DNA of 48,178 nt from a virus. Taxonomy: Duplodnaviria > Heunggongvirae > Uroviricota > Caudoviricetes. This document shows, piece by piece, positions 47,682 to 48,178 of the stretch (the first letter of the stretch is position 1; each line of letters opens with the position of its first letter). The stretch spans positions 64,001 through 112,178 of the IMG/VR virus record IMGVR_UViG_3300031853_000008; one strand, written 5' to 3'. The notes under the pieces are model-generated. The model worked only from the letters and a program-made list of their open reading frames with translations. It was not told where the DNA came from and searched no databases. The translations under genes and the position numbers were made by a program.

Positions 47682-48178
47682 ATGACTAAGAACATTGGAA
47701 CAGTGAGATCTATTCTTTTGCAGCAGCCTGAGAATGTGATCATCGAAGCAGCACGTTTTTACCAGAAATCAGGTAGACTGGTTTCGGAGCAAAGCTACTA
47801 TAAGACCCTAGAGAGGATGACAAAAGCCGGGGAACTGGTTCATTTGGCAAAGGGCATGTATTATCGTCCTAAAAAATCCCGCTTTGGCATGGTACCGATA
47901 AGCGAGAAAGAAATCGTCTCTCATTTTACAGGAATGAACAGGGGGCTGCTCGTTGGTTATCGTCTTTATGTGAACAAAGGACTCACTACATAGGTCAGTA
48001 AAAATGTGGAGGTCCTTTCCGTATTAGTCAGGGAACAGAAGAAAAATATCGGCAATGTCTCTGTTTCAAAAATCGAGATGGAACTGAACCCTGAAATAAA
48101 AAGCATGATCGAGGCTTTTGAGGTGCTTCAAAACTACGGCAGAATTCAGGATATGAACACTGGCGCTTTTGCCGATTA
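47682..48178 (+). CDS. DUF6088 / AbiEi-like antitoxin, 3' partial
   Basis: LERMTKAGELVHLAKGMYYRPKKSRFG (wHTH) and GYRLY..KGLTTXVS. The frame stays open past TAG 47991 to the window end. Confidence 0.7.

Noticed and set aside
1-48178. Plain translation table 15 (TAG=Gln) as the full explanation
   Set aside because: It would put Gln at two catalytic Glu sites and five SHAEG repeats whose siblings use GAA/GAG. Disfavoured rather than excluded; see the Glx finding.
1-48178. TAG as pyrrolysine
   Set aside because: No pyl genes are seen, and TAG positions align with small acidic or amide residues, including catalytic carboxylates.

Overview
This window is the late (head-tail-lysis) region of a large siphovirus-type phage, most likely of a Bacillota/Clostridia gut host (AGGAGG RBSs, clostridial-type IscS and endolysin). 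All complete genes but one silent tail-fibre cassette are on the + strand. The standard-code ORF track is fragmented because TAG is a sense codon here. Reading through TAG (written X below) joins the fragments into intact genes that all end in TAA or TGA. These are protease/scaffold, decoration protein, major capsid, neck proteins, tail tube, RuvC-like resolvase, a 5,960-aa tape measure with about 130 TAGs, Dit, Tal, a 1,487-aa tail fibre, holins, an amidase-GH73-SPOR endolysin and IscS. The main novelty is the amino acid. TAG repeatedly sits at catalytic or invariant Glu positions (RuvC, Amidase_2, SHAEG repeats, internal paralogues that use GAA/GAG), which points to TAG=Glu or ambiguous Glu/Gln rather than the usual phage TAG=Gln. 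One invariant-Gln counterexample exists. Other notable items: an invertible tail-fibre tip cassette with hix/cix-like sites, an AT-hook in the tape measure, a decayed HNH endonuclease with its own promoter, and several bistable intergenic RNA structures. Family consensus motifs are recalled from knowledge, not from searches. No suppressor tRNA or invertase is visible in this window.
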